Assembly (NCBI GenBank): GCA_046760305.1
Contig: JBHIDX010000003.1
Coordinates: 2,526 to 66,525 of the forward strand
Direction: 5' to 3'
DNA from: Candidatus Aminicenantales bacterium
GTDB lineage: Bacteria; Acidobacteriota; Aminicenantia; Aminicenantales; Aminicenantaceae
DNA: 64,000 bases
This document shows, piece by piece, positions 19,672 through 30,123 of the stretch. The translations under genes and the position numbers were made by a program. The first letter of the stretch is position 1. Every line of letters begins with the position of its first letter. The notes beneath the pieces were generated by a model. It was given only the letters and a program-made list of their open reading frames with translations, was not told where the DNA came from and ran no database searches.

Positions 19672-19908
19672 TCGCACTCTCCCCTTCAAGAATTAAATTC
19701 AAAATCATCAGCTTCATGCAGAAGCTCTCTCTCTATTATATTCATAACTCTGTTAATTCTGTTAACTTGAATTATTCATAAATATCATTATTTTTATCAT
19801 AGAGTCCAGAGAAAAGTAAAAAGCAAGCTGAATCTTTTATAAATGTTGTTTTCTTCTTTTACTTTTATTTTTTTAAATTTCTTATAAAATATCATTTCAA
19901 AGAAAATT

Positions 19909-20655
19909 ATGGAATATCTGAAGCTCCTCCTTCTTTTCGGGGTTGGCTCCGCAGCGGGCTTCATCAACGTCATGGGCGGAGGAGGCTCAAGCCTCACCCT
20001 ACCAGCCCTAATCTTTTTAGGTCTTGACAGTGCCCTGGCCAACGGCACCAATAGAGTGGCGGTCTTTATTCAGAATATTTCTGCGGTGGGTTCTTTCAGG
20101 CGAGAAAAGGTCCATCATTTCAAACAGAGCTTCGTTTATTCCCTCTTCACTCTCCCAGGCGCTGTATGCGGCGCACTAATCGCCACCAGAGTAAGCGACC
20201 TTCTTTTTCAAAAAATCCTGGCAGGAGTGCTGGTTCTAATCGTCTTCTCTATGTTTTTTTCCTATAATCGGAGAACAAAGAGCAGTAATTCAACCCCGGT
20301 CAGGAGGCATTACATCTATCCTGCCCTTTTTGCTGTCGGCTTTTATGGAGGATTCATCCAAGTAGGAGTGGGGTTTATTCTTATGGGCTCAATCTACCAT
20401 ATTCTCAGGCTTGACCTGATCAGGGTTAATATGCACAAGGTGTTCATTATCATGATCTATACACTTCCCGTGCTTGTTGTTTTCGCGGCCACGGGAAATA
20501 TAAACTTCAAGTTCGGTCTTGTTCTTGCTGCCGGTAATGCTTTTGGAGCCTGGTGGGGAGCAAGAACAGCGGTCAGGGGAGGGGAAAGGGTAGTCAGGTT
20601 TGTGCTGGCAGTGGCTATTTTTATCATGGCTTTGAAGCTCTTCAGAATTTTTTAA
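19909..20655 (+). CDS. TauE/SafE family (TSUP) sulfite exporter-like permease
   Basis: AGFINVMGGGGS, ANGTNR and GFYGGFIQVGVG motifs. Confidence 0.9.
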   Translation: MEYLKLLLLFGVGSAAGFINVMGGGGSSLTLPALIFLGLDSALANGTNRVAVFIQNISAVGSFRREKVHHFKQSFVYSLFTLPGAVCGALIATRVSDLLFQKILAGVLVLIVFSMFFSYNRRTKSSNSTPVRRHYIYPALFAVGFYGGFIQVGVGFILMGSIYHILRLDLIRVNMHKVFIIMIYTLPVLVVFAATGNINFKFGLVLAAGNAFGAWWGARTAVRGGERVVRFVLAVAIFIMALKLFRIF

Positions 20656-20922
20656 GGAAAAAAATTATAGTTGCTACATGCTGTGTGTTTGGTTAATATA
20701 TTCGTTATCTTCAATGAAACAAATTTATGTTTTATTTCCATCGGCGATATCGCTGTCGCACCTTCTGAGCTGAACATCGTGTAGGCAGGTATGGGCGAAG
20801 CAAATAATTCTCGAAGCTCGAAATTTTAATCGAGGTTCTGGCAAATGGGCTTTATTTCAGGTGAAAATCATGCTTCCAGAATTGTCTGAAATCAAGCCTG
20901 ATCATAAATCAGGGAGGCAAAA

Positions 20923-23900
20923 ATGAAAAAAAATAATCTCATCTTTTTCCTCTTATTCATTGTCCTCATTTTTCTACCTCTATCAAACATAAGTGGAATC
21001 AATGTTAAAGACACAAAACTCCTCACAGAACCTGCTATAAGCCATAGCCATATTGCCTTTGTTTATGCCAGGGACATATGGATTTGCCGGCCTGATGGCT
21101 CGGAGGTAAGACGCCTTACTTCCCATCCAGGATATGAATCCAACCCTGTTTTCTCACCCGATGGCAAACTTGTGGCTTTCAGTGGAGAGTATGATGGCAA
21201 TGTGGATGTTTTTGTTGTCCCGGCTGAAGGCGGTGTACCACGAAGGCTCACCTGGCATCCTGGCCGGGACACAGTCCGTGGTTTTACTCCTGATGGTTCA
21301 GCAGTTTTATTCATTTCAACAAGAGACAGCTTCACCTATGCCAACAACAAGCTGTATAAGGTATCGGTTGAAGGAGGATTTCCCGAGTCACTTCTTCTGC
21401 CCAGGGTGAATAAGGCCTGCTTCTCTCCGGATGGGAAAATGCTCGCTTACACTCCTCTTAGAGAAGCATTTCACCAGTGGAAAAATTATCGAGGAGGGAC
21501 TGCCTCAACTATCTGGCTTTACAGTTTTTCAGACCACAGGGTGGAAAAGATTCCCCAGCCAAAAGGAAGGTGCAACGACACAGACCCGATGTGGATAGGC
21601 AGCAAAATCTATTTCCGTTCTGATAGAAACGGTGAGTTCAATCTTTTCTCTTATGACCTCAGAACGAAAAAAATAACCCAGCTTACCAACTACGTTGACT
21701 TTCCTGTCCTCAACGCTTCAGCAGGAGGGGAAAGAATAATCTATGAACAGGCTGGCTATCTTCACATCTATGAACCTCAAAAAGCGAGGACCAAAAAGCT
21801 CACCATCGGAGTTGCTGCTGACCTGATTGAAGTACGGCCCAGGTATGCCAAAGGAACACGTTTCATCAGGAATGCAGATATCTCTCCTTCTGGGGCGAGG
21901 GCAGTTTTTGAATTCAGAGGAGAAATAGTGACAGTCCCGGCTGAAAAAGGCGACCCTCGTATCCTGACAAACACAACCGGCGTGCATGAACGCTCTCCGG
22001 CCTGGTCTCCAGACGGCAAATACATTGCCTATTTTTCTGATGAATCCGGTGAATACGAGCTTCACATCGCTCCCCAGAACGGAAAGGGAGAAGTGAAAAA
22101 GTATGCGCTTAAAGGAGCAGGATTCTACGAATCACCAGTTTGGTCTCCTGATTGCCAGAAGATAGCTTACTCTGATAATTCGTGGACCTACTACTGGATT
22201 GATTTGAAGAAAGGAACGGTGAAAAAAATTGCATCCGAATACTACTACGGACCTGCGAGGTGGAGAAGAGCCTACTCTGTCTGGTCACCTGATTCAAAGT
22301 GGCTCATCTTCACTCTTAACACAAAATCCTACTTTCAGAGAGTATATGCCTATTCAATAGAGAAAGACAAATCCTATCCGATTACTGACGGACTGAGCGA
22401 TGTCAGCGATCCTGTCTTTGACAGCAGTGGAAAATACCTCTACTTCTTTGCCTCAACAGATGCCGGACCTGTAAAACAATGGTTTGCTATGTCCAATGCT
22501 GATATGCACATGACACGTTCAATCTACATTGCTGTCCTCCGCAAGGACATTCCTTCACCCCTTCTCAAAGAGAGTGATGAAGAAAAAGGGATTGAGAATA
22601 GGCAGAAGAAAGAAGAGGAAAAAACAAACAAAAAAAACGACACCTCTTTTTCTATAGACTTTGAAGGAATTGAATACAGGATTCTCGACCTTCCTCTTCC
22701 ACCAGCAAACTACTGGAATCTAAGGACTGGAAAAGAAGGAGAAATCTACTACCTGGAAGCACCGATAACTCAGAGAGGTCCATACGGAAAAGAGGTCAAA
22801 CTCCACAAATTCAGCCTTAAAGACCGCAAAACTCAACTTCTAGGCTCAGCAATAAACGCTTTTCTCATCTCAGCCGATAAAAAGAAAATGCTCTATCTTT
22901 TTGGAAGCAACTGGGGTATTGTACCTGCAGGAAGCAAAATTAAGCCTAGTCAGGGTAAAATCAAGGCAGATGCCATTGAAGTCTACATCGATCCCAGGGC
23001 AGAATGGAAGCAGATGTTCAACGAAGCCTGGCGCATTAACCGCGATTATTTCTACGACCCCCACATGCACGGTGCTGACTGGGAGGCGATGAAGAAGAAA
23101 TACGAGGTTTTTCTTCCTCACTGTGCCACCAGGGATGACCTCAACAGGGTTATTCAGTGGATGTGCAGCGAACTCTCTGTTGGCCATCACCGTGTGGCTG
23201 GCGGTGATTTTCTCTACCAGCCAAAGCGCATCTCATGTGGCTTGCTCGGAGCAGATTACACCATCGAAAACGGGCGCTACTGCTTCAGAAAAATATACGG
23301 CGGCTTAAACTGGAACCCCCAGCTTCGCTCACCGCTTACAGAGCCCGGAGTAAACGTGAGAGAAGGGGAATACCTGCTGGCAGTGAACGGTAAGGAGCTT
23401 CGGCCACCCGAGAACCTCTTCCGCAGGTTTGAAAACACGGCCGGGAAAATAGTTGAAATTAAAGTCGGTAAAAATCCTGACGGAAGCGATGCCCGGACAG
23501 TATCTGTTGTTCCTGTTTCAAACGAATACACCCTCAGAAACCGCGACTGGGTTGAAAGCAACCTCAAGAAGGTGGATGAAGCTACAGGTGGACGTGTGGC
23601 TTATGTCTATGTTCCCAACACAACGACTCTTGGCCATATTTATTTCAAACGCTACTTCTTTCCTCAGGTACACAAGGAAGCCATTATCATCGATGAGCGT
23701 TTCAACGGAGGAGGACAGGTGGCAGATTATTATATTGACCATCTTCGCCGTCCGTTTGTCTGCTACTGGCACACAAGATACGGTCATGACATAAAAACGC
23801 CGGGAGGAGCCATTCACGGGCCAAAGGTGATGCTCATCAACGAATCAGCCGGTTCAGGAGGTGACCTGCTTCCCTGGATGTTCAGGAAGTTCAAACTCGG

Positions 23901-24198
23901 TAAGCTTATCGGAAAAAGAACGTGGGGAGGACTTGTCGGAATCCTTGGTTTTCCAGTGCTCATGGACGGTGGTTATGTGACTGCTCCCAACCTCGCCATA
24001 TGGACTGAGGATGGCTGGGTAGTGGAGAATGTTGGTGTTCCACCCGATATTGAAGTCGAACAGATACCGGCTGATGTCATTGCAGGCAAAGACCCGCAGC
24101 TTGAGAAGGCGATTGAAGTTGTGATGGAAGAACTTCGCAAAAATCCCCCCCGAAAAATAGAGAGGCCACCTTTTCCGGTGAGGGTCAAGAAAAAATAG
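20923..24198 (+). CDS. Tricorn protease homologue (S41), secreted
   Basis: PD40 beta-propeller repeats (FSPDGK), PDZ-like domain, DERFNGGG, catalytic GSGGD, GKRTWGG. Confidence 0.95.
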   Translation: MKKNNLIFFLLFIVLIFLPLSNISGINVKDTKLLTEPAISHSHIAFVYARDIWICRPDGSEVRRLTSHPGYESNPVFSPDGKLVAFSGEYDGNVDVFVVPAEGGVPRRLTWHPGRDTVRGFTPDGSAVLFISTRDSFTYANNKLYKVSVEGGFPESLLLPRVNKACFSPDGKMLAYTPLREAFHQWKNYRGGTASTIWLYSFSDHRVEKIPQPKGRCNDTDPMWIGSKIYFRSDRNGEFNLFSYDLRTKKITQLTNYVDFPVLNASAGGERIIYEQAGYLHIYEPQKARTKKLTIGVAADLIEVRPRYAKGTRFIRNADISPSGARAVFEFRGEIVTVPAEKGDPRILTNTTGVHERSPAWSPDGKYIAYFSDESGEYELHIAPQNGKGEVKKYALKGAGFYESPVWSPDCQKIAYSDNSWTYYWIDLKKGTVKKIASEYYYGPARWRRAYSVWSPDSKWLIFTLNTKSYFQRVYAYSIEKDKSYPITDGLSDVSDPVFDSSGKYLYFFASTDAGPVKQWFAMSNADMHMTRSIYIAVLRKDIPSPLLKESDEEKGIENRQKKEEEKTNKKNDTSFSIDFEGIEYRILDLPLPPANYWNLRTGKEGEIYYLEAPITQRGPYGKEVKLHKFSLKDRKTQLLGSAINAFLISADKKKMLYLFGSNWGIVPAGSKIKPSQGKIKADAIEVYIDPRAEWKQMFNEAWRINRDYFYDPHMHGADWEAMKKKYEVFLPHCATRDDLNRVIQWMCSELSVGHHRVAGGDFLYQPKRISCGLLGADYTIENGRYCFRKIYGGLNWNPQLRSPLTEPGVNVREGEYLLAVNGKELRPPENLFRRFENTAGKIVEIKVGKNPDGSDARTVSVVPVSNEYTLRNRDWVESNLKKVDEATGGRVAYVYVPNTTTLGHIYFKRYFFPQVHKEAIIIDERFNGGGQVADYYIDHLRRPFVCYWHTRYGHDIKTPGGAIHGPKVMLINESAGSGGDLLPWMFRKFKLGKLIGKRTWGGLVGILGFPVLMDGGYVTAPNLAIWTEDGWVVENVGVPPDIEVEQIPADVIAGKDPQLEKAIEVVMEELRKNPPRKIERPPFPVRVKKK

Positions 24199-24202
24199 AA
24201 AC

Positions 24203-26437
24203 ATGCCTCAAGCAAGGCTTGCCCGGAACCTCGGGCTGGGGGCTGCTTTAGCAGTCGGCGTGGGAACCATGGTTGGAGCAGGTATCTTCGTTCTTCCCGG
24301 AATTGTAGCCCATAAAGCAGGCCCAGCCGTGCTGCTCTCCTTTACTGGCTGTGGAATAATTGCTGTCCTCATTGCCCTCTGCATGGCCGAGCTTTCCACG
24401 GGCATGCCCTATGCAGGGGGAGGCTATCTTTTTGTCGTGCGTGCTTTTGGACCCCTTGTAGGCACTGTAATGGGCTGGTGCCTGTGGCTGAGCCTCATTT
24501 TCGCTTCAGCCTTTTACATGATAGGGTTTGGTTATTATGTTGGACATGCTCTCGGTATATCACCAACCATAATTGCCCTCTCAATCACCTTTCTCCTCGG
24601 ACTTCTCAATTTCATAGGAGCAAGGGAAACAGGAGGAACCCAGATGGTAATCGTTGCCCTGCTTCTGCTTATTCTGATATTGTTTGTGGCCAGAGCCTTT
24701 TTCTCAGTTGTCCCTGGAAATTTATCTCCTTTTATCCCGCCTGAGATTGGATTGAGAGGAGTTTTAATAACCCTCCCCATACTCTTTATCACCTTCCTAG
24801 GTTTTGCTGAAATATCGGCCATTTCTGAAGAAATCCGTCAACCATCCAGGAATCTTCCCCTTGCCCTGGTGGGCTCGGTGCTCATTGTGATTGTCATTTA
24901 CTGCCTGGTTGTCTTCTGTCTTCTCGGACTCAAAAGCTACACCGACCCGTCTATAGCCAGTGAAACCGTTCTTATCGAGCTTGCACGCCAGCTTGTGGGA
25001 AAAACAGGCTACTTACTCATTCTCTTGGGAGGAATTCTTGCCACCGTTTCCTCAGCAAACGCAAGTGTCCTGGCCGCCTCGCGAGTCTCTTTCGCCATGG
25101 GAAGAGACCAGATTATGCCGGAGTGGTTCAACCTTATCCACGGGCGTTTTAAAACTCCCTATCTCTCAATCACCATCACCACCGGATTGACCCTCTTTCT
25201 TCTCCTCGTTCTGGGTCGCCATCTTGAGGTCCTGGCTGAAGTGGCCGGGTTCCTCAGCCTCGTACTTTATTCTCTGATAACTTTATCCTGCATAATCATG
25301 AGGTATGCTCAGCTCGAATGGTACCGACCCACCTTCAGAGTGCCTGTTTACCCACTTCTTCCTGTTCTAGGGCTTCTGGGATGCGTTTTTGTCATCGTCA
25401 ACACTTCCAGAGTTTCCCTTGTCATCGGCAACCTTATAATTGCTTCCAGTTTCGTCTGGTATCTGCTTTTCAGGCGCAAGGCAACGACTCTGGTAGGCGC
25501 CTCAAACATCATCTTTCAAAAGCGAGTCATAAAGCCTCTGGTAGCCCGGGCTGAAGAGTATATTGCCTCGCGCAGGGAAGAAATACCTTCGGTTCTCGTT
25601 CCTCTTGCTAATCCGGAAACTGAAAAATCGCTCCTGAAATTGAGCACATCCCTGGCCCGAGTCTACAGGGCCAGGCTCCAGCTTGTTCACGTCATAACAA
25701 TTCCGGTTTCAACCCCGCTCGAGGCAGGCCGGGAAGAATATGAGACATACCGCAAAGGTAAAGAAACAATTCTGGATGTGGCCACCCACCATGCAGCACA
25801 GCAGGGAGTTAGAGCAAGGGCAAACGCAATCATCGCTCATAACATTCCCTCTGCCATTCTCAGCGTAGCTGATATGGAGAAATCAGACTTTATTGTCATG
25901 GGCTGGAGAGGTGATGCTAAACCCCCTCGAAGACAGCGCTCAAATGTGGCCAGTGTTCTCAAGCTGGCTAAAACAAACGTTCTTGTCCTCAAGGATAACG
26001 GTTTGAACAAGGTGAGGAGCATTCTTGTTCCTCTTGGGGGAGGTCCGCATGCCAAACTCGGGCTGAGGATTGCCAGTGAACTTGCATCCCAGTGGCAGGC
26101 TTCCATCACTGCCCTTAAGGTGCAGATTGGAAAAGGTCTTTCTCCAACTTCTTCTGAATCTGATAGAGAAAGCATCCAACTCTTCAAAGAAATTGCCGAG
26201 GATTTTGTCCGTGACGCTCTCAGAGAGGCTAACATCCAGGCGAAGGTATCGGTGGTAATAAACACTGATATTGCCCGGGGAATTATCAGGGAAGCCTCTC
26301 ATCATGACCTGATAGTTATGGGAGCATCGAACGAATGGATATTGAGAAGATGGCTTTTCGGCTCCATCCCAGATAAAGTGGCAGCCAGGGCAGAGGTGTC
26401 TGTGTTAATGATCCGCTCAAGAACAGATAAGGACTGA
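24203..26437 (+). CDS. APC-family amino acid permease fused to two universal stress protein domains
   Basis: GTMVGAGIFVLPG motif and 12 TM helices; VLVPLANP and ILVPLGGGPHA...DLIVMGA USP domains. Confidence 0.9.
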   Translation: MPQARLARNLGLGAALAVGVGTMVGAGIFVLPGIVAHKAGPAVLLSFTGCGIIAVLIALCMAELSTGMPYAGGGYLFVVRAFGPLVGTVMGWCLWLSLIFASAFYMIGFGYYVGHALGISPTIIALSITFLLGLLNFIGARETGGTQMVIVALLLLILILFVARAFFSVVPGNLSPFIPPEIGLRGVLITLPILFITFLGFAEISAISEEIRQPSRNLPLALVGSVLIVIVIYCLVVFCLLGLKSYTDPSIASETVLIELARQLVGKTGYLLILLGGILATVSSANASVLAASRVSFAMGRDQIMPEWFNLIHGRFKTPYLSITITTGLTLFLLLVLGRHLEVLAEVAGFLSLVLYSLITLSCIIMRYAQLEWYRPTFRVPVYPLLPVLGLLGCVFVIVNTSRVSLVIGNLIIASSFVWYLLFRRKATTLVGASNIIFQKRVIKPLVARAEEYIASRREEIPSVLVPLANPETEKSLLKLSTSLARVYRARLQLVHVITIPVSTPLEAGREEYETYRKGKETILDVATHHAAQQGVRARANAIIAHNIPSAILSVADMEKSDFIVMGWRGDAKPPRRQRSNVASVLKLAKTNVLVLKDNGLNKVRSILVPLGGGPHAKLGLRIASELASQWQASITALKVQIGKGLSPTSSESDRESIQLFKEIAEDFVRDALREANIQAKVSVVINTDIARGIIREASHHDLIVMGASNEWILRRWLFGSIPDKVAARAEVSVLMIRSRTDKD

Positions 26438-26549
26438 TTTTTCTTGCTATTGAGAAGAAATTATGGCTATATTTGAAGAAGATCCTTTAGCTACCATGTC
26501 CTTGATGCGAGAATAGAAAAAGTTGATAAACCGAGAAAAGCAGGATTGA

Positions 26550-27644
26550 ATGAATAAACTTCTGGGGACAAAGCTCAGAACAGCCCGCGAAAATGCCGGC
26601 CTCACCCAGGATGTGCTGGCCAAAGCAGTCAATCTTTCCCCTGAATACATATCCCTTCTTGAGCTGGGAAAAAGAAGCCCAAGCCTGAAAACCCTGATCA
26701 GGCTGTCAGACTATTTTAAGAAAGACCTCGACTACTTCCTCTTGGAAAAAGAAGACCACTTCAGCCTGCTACTCAAAAGCGAGAAGCTCGGCAGGAAAGA
26801 AAAATTCCTGCTCAAGAAATTCAGGAAGCTATGCCAGGAATACATTAACCTTGAGGAATTAACTGGGAATCGCGTTGAGCCAGCGCCTCTTTATACCCGC
26901 ATCTCGGCTGGAAGTCTTGCCCGCGAGGAAAGAAGAAGGATTGGGCTCGGAAATGAGCCCCTGAGAAATGTTTTCTCCCTGGTGGAACTTAACGGCCTGC
27001 GAGTCATAAGGCTCTGGGTTCCTGAAGAAACTCCTCTTTCAGGAGTCTTCCTCTACTTTGATACCTACCAAACAGCTTTTGCTCTTGTCAACAGTGCCCA
27101 GCCTCTCGGCCAACAGGCTCTGATCGCTGCTCACGAATACTGCCACTTTCTAAGAGACCGCCACAACGGCCCTATTATCGATAATCCTGATATCTTTATC
27201 CGTGAGTATGTGTCTCTCTACCATCCGCGTGAACAGTTTGCCCAGAAGTTCGCTCTCAGTTTTCTCGTTCCCCCTGAAAAAATTATAGAGTTCGTTGGTC
27301 GGGAAATTCGGCTAAAAAATTTACGCTTTGAAGATGTCCTTTTCCTCAAGCATTATTTCGGTGTCAGTACCCTGACCATGATGCAGGTACTAAAAGAACT
27401 GGAGTTCCTATCCCAGGATAGGTATGAAGAATACCGAAAAATAGATGGTCTCATTGTTGAGCAAACAGTCTGTGGTGAGGCAGAGGAAGAAAAGCGAATA
27501 AAGCGGCGAAAAAAAAGCCCTCTTTTCTCGTCCAGGTTCAGGAGGCTGGCAGTTGAAGCTTACAGAAAAAAGAAAATCTCTCTTGAAAAACTTGCCGCTC
27601 TCCTCGACACTGACTCCCGCCAGCTTCTCACCATGCTTAAATAG
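26550..27644 (+). CDS. XRE-family HTH regulator fused to an ImmA/IrrE metallopeptidase domain
   Basis: LRTARENAGLTQDVLA...ISLLELGKRSPS HTH; AHEYCH (HExxH) followed by EQFAQKFA. Confidence 0.9.
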   Translation: MNKLLGTKLRTARENAGLTQDVLAKAVNLSPEYISLLELGKRSPSLKTLIRLSDYFKKDLDYFLLEKEDHFSLLLKSEKLGRKEKFLLKKFRKLCQEYINLEELTGNRVEPAPLYTRISAGSLAREERRRIGLGNEPLRNVFSLVELNGLRVIRLWVPEETPLSGVFLYFDTYQTAFALVNSAQPLGQQALIAAHEYCHFLRDRHNGPIIDNPDIFIREYVSLYHPREQFAQKFALSFLVPPEKIIEFVGREIRLKNLRFEDVLFLKHYFGVSTLTMMQVLKELEFLSQDRYEEYRKIDGLIVEQTVCGEAEEEKRIKRRKKSPLFSSRFRRLAVEAYRKKKISLEKLAALLDTDSRQLLTMLK

Positions 27645-27656
27645 CCCATCTCCAGA

Positions 27657-28322
27657 TTAATCCACGCCGAAAAGCTGCTTGAAAACAGGCACAAGGTTGA
27701 GGGCATATTCCACTTCTGTAAGAGGAATGCCTTTCTCTTGTGCAATCTTTGTGAAGCGGTTGTCTCTGTTGCTTTCTTTAGTAACGATGATGTAGTCAGC
27801 AAAAGGAGCTACAGCATCGATCATTTTCTCATTGTCACTGTCACCTCTTTTTGACAGGCCTCCGGCGTGAACAGCTACAATGAAAATCCCTTTTTTCCGG
27901 CAATAGTTGATGAGTCTGGTCAGGCGCTCAACCTCGGTGCTCACAGTAAGCCCGGAGGCTCCCATGCCTTTCAAGCTGGCTCCGATGGCGAAGATGATTG
28001 TCCTGTAAGGAGTTCCCTTGGGAAACCTTTCCACATCTGTGTAGACTTCAACATGGAAACCAGGGCCGGACTCTCTGTCCGCCAGGCCAACCCCTGCCTC
28101 TACAAGTTCAACACTAACAACATCACAGTAGTCATAGGCAATGCCTGCTTCTTCTAGCACTATGTTCAGGGTAGTTACATCTGGACTCTGACCAGCAGAA
28201 GTGGTGAGCACAGGAAGGCTAGCCCGTGGAGCCTCGGCTTGTTCAGCCAGCAGGAGTAAAAAACTGAAAGAAATGATAAGGATAAGAACGAAGAAGAAAT
28301 TTAAAACAGCCTTTGTTTTCAT
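27657..28322 (-). CDS. Exported DUF6305-like protein
   Basis: Signal peptide; LTTSAGQSPD, GASLKGMGASG and HAGGLSKRG motifs. Confidence 0.65.
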   Translation of the reverse strand: MKTKAVLNFFFVLILIISFSFLLLLAEQAEAPRASLPVLTTSAGQSPDVTTLNIVLEEAGIAYDYCDVVSVELVEAGVGLADRESGPGFHVEVYTDVERFPKGTPYRTIIFAIGASLKGMGASGLTVSTEVERLTRLINYCRKKGIFIVAVHAGGLSKRGDSDNEKMIDAVAPFADYIIVTKESNRDNRFTKIAQEKGIPLTEVEYALNLVPVFKQLFGVD

Positions 28323-28336
28323 TTAATCTCCCTCTC

Positions 28337-30097
28337 CTATTTTTTCTCTTCCTGAGGTTCAAGCTTGTCGTACTGGACAAGAAGCCTCAGCCACCATTGT
28401 GGATAGTTTATGCGGCGAGTCTTTCTTTTATTTATATCATAAAGCCAGAGGTGATTGTACTTAACAAGAATCATGTCACCCAGCTCCCACCAGGCATCAA
28501 CCACTCTGGTGGCGTTATTCAAGCAGTAGTCTGTCAGGAATTTCACTGCCTGTGCTGGGTTTTCTCTGTAGAGTTCGGCAGCGAGCTTATCTACTGTCAG
28601 AGTTCTCTCCACAGCGGGATCCTCCCATTCTTGCTGGGCTTTTTTCACATCCTCAACAGCCAGCATATATGCCACCTGAGTGTGAAAATCTACGTAATCA
28701 AATGCCCATCTGGCTGATTTCCTGTCAAAAACCCAGTGGTCGCCAACCTTGAATGAATGTGGAACATCGGCTATTCCAGCGTAGAGGGGCATGTAGCATG
28801 ATGTATCCTGGGCACCGAAGGCTACCCAGACAATTCCTCCTATAATGTTGGGTAGCCAGCCGCGAGACTGGGTAATGGTGGTGTACTCAGCCCGGTTGAC
28901 GCTGATAGTTCTTGGAGTGTTGTAAGTTTTTCCATCGAGCCTGAAAGGCCGTGGAAGGTAATTGGGATTTTTAAAAGGCCCTCCCTGTAGTCCTCTTACC
29001 GGGTCAAACTGCGTCCCCTGGTATTTATCGCGGGTAAGGTTCATCACGTCTTTAACAGAAAGCTTTCTGTCCGGCTTGACTGAGAATGGAAGTTCCATGT
29101 TCGGTGTCTGGGGACTGATTTTCCGTGAGGGTGCCACGAGATCAAAAAAGCGCCACAGTCTTGCTCTTGTCCCCCTTGAGCTTGCAGCGCTTCCCTTGGT
29201 GGGGGAGTAAGCCTTTTTCCAGTTGAATGGTTTGCCGCTCTTAGGGTCATAATAACCGTTTTCAATGGCATAGGAAATTACGTTGGGAGAGAACATGAAG
29301 AAGTCTTTGTTCTCGAGGTCAATCTCTCCAATCCTTGACTCGTTAGGGCAGACACTCACATGGTCATCCGGCACTCTCTGGGCACACCATACTGCGCCCG
29401 GTTTTCCACTCTCAGGAGTCCAGAGAGGGCCAACAGGCATGATTTCAAAAACCCAGACTTCTTCAGGGTCAGCCACTGCCAGCATCTCACCCGTATCGTG
29501 GTAGCCATACCCATGTTTTTCTGCCAGTGAACCCATAAGTTTGATTGCCTCTCTTGCAGTCTTGCACCTTTCCATGGCCAGAATGGTGAGCATGGTAATA
29601 TCTAACTTCGCCGAAGGAGTGGGATTCCTCATTTTCGGCCGGCAGCCTATGGTTGATTCTCCGATGGCGAGCTGATGTTCATTCATGTAACCGAACATTC
29701 CATGGAGGTAAGCGTAGGTGTGGGGAACCTGAGGAATATCGAGTTCGGTGTAATTCTCTTTGTACTTTTCCCACTTGAGGCCCTCCTCCGGAGGCCAGGT
29801 TGTGTACTGGTCAATGTGATAAATCTTCCTTACAGAACCTGGCTCGTGGTCTGCGGCAGGAACACGTCTCCATGTCCAGTCACAAAAACTGCAGTCACAG
29901 GTGTGGGTGGTCATCACCGAGCCATCGACAGAGGCATCCTTGCCAACTATGATCACGGTACATCCGTCAGGAAAAGGTTCCTCATTGATTGAAACACAAT
30001 TGGCACCTTCTCCCTGGTTGGAATTCAAAGCAGGGACAAGAAAGAATACCAGGGATAAAAATGCAACTGCCAGGATTAATCCTTTTTTGTTCACCAT
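28337..30097 (-). CDS. C69-family dipeptidase (Ntn hydrolase), exported, paralogue 2
   Basis: Signal peptide followed by GCTVIIVGKDASVDGS; MNEHQLAIGEST and AQRVPDD motifs. Confidence 0.9.
   Translation of the reverse strand: MVNKKGLILAVAFLSLVFFLVPALNSNQGEGANCVSINEEPFPDGCTVIIVGKDASVDGSVMTTHTCDCSFCDWTWRRVPAADHEPGSVRKIYHIDQYTTWPPEEGLKWEKYKENYTELDIPQVPHTYAYLHGMFGYMNEHQLAIGESTIGCRPKMRNPTPSAKLDITMLTILAMERCKTAREAIKLMGSLAEKHGYGYHDTGEMLAVADPEEVWVFEIMPVGPLWTPESGKPGAVWCAQRVPDDHVSVCPNESRIGEIDLENKDFFMFSPNVISYAIENGYYDPKSGKPFNWKKAYSPTKGSAASSRGTRARLWRFFDLVAPSRKISPQTPNMELPFSVKPDRKLSVKDVMNLTRDKYQGTQFDPVRGLQGGPFKNPNYLPRPFRLDGKTYNTPRTISVNRAEYTTITQSRGWLPNIIGGIVWVAFGAQDTSCYMPLYAGIADVPHSFKVGDHWVFDRKSARWAFDYVDFHTQVAYMLAVEDVKKAQQEWEDPAVERTLTVDKLAAELYRENPAQAVKFLTDYCLNNATRVVDAWWELGDMILVKYNHLWLYDINKRKTRRINYPQWWLRLLVQYDKLEPQEEKK
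29346..29680. repeat. 335-bp exact direct repeat, copy 1
   Basis: Identical to 31124-31458. Confidence 0.95.
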
Positions 30098-30123
30098 TTC
30101 CTCCTTTCACAAAGCTATCATTT

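Noticed and set aside
26550-27644. XRE-ImmA as a marker of a prophage or ICE
   Set aside because: No integrase, att site or phage genes nearby.
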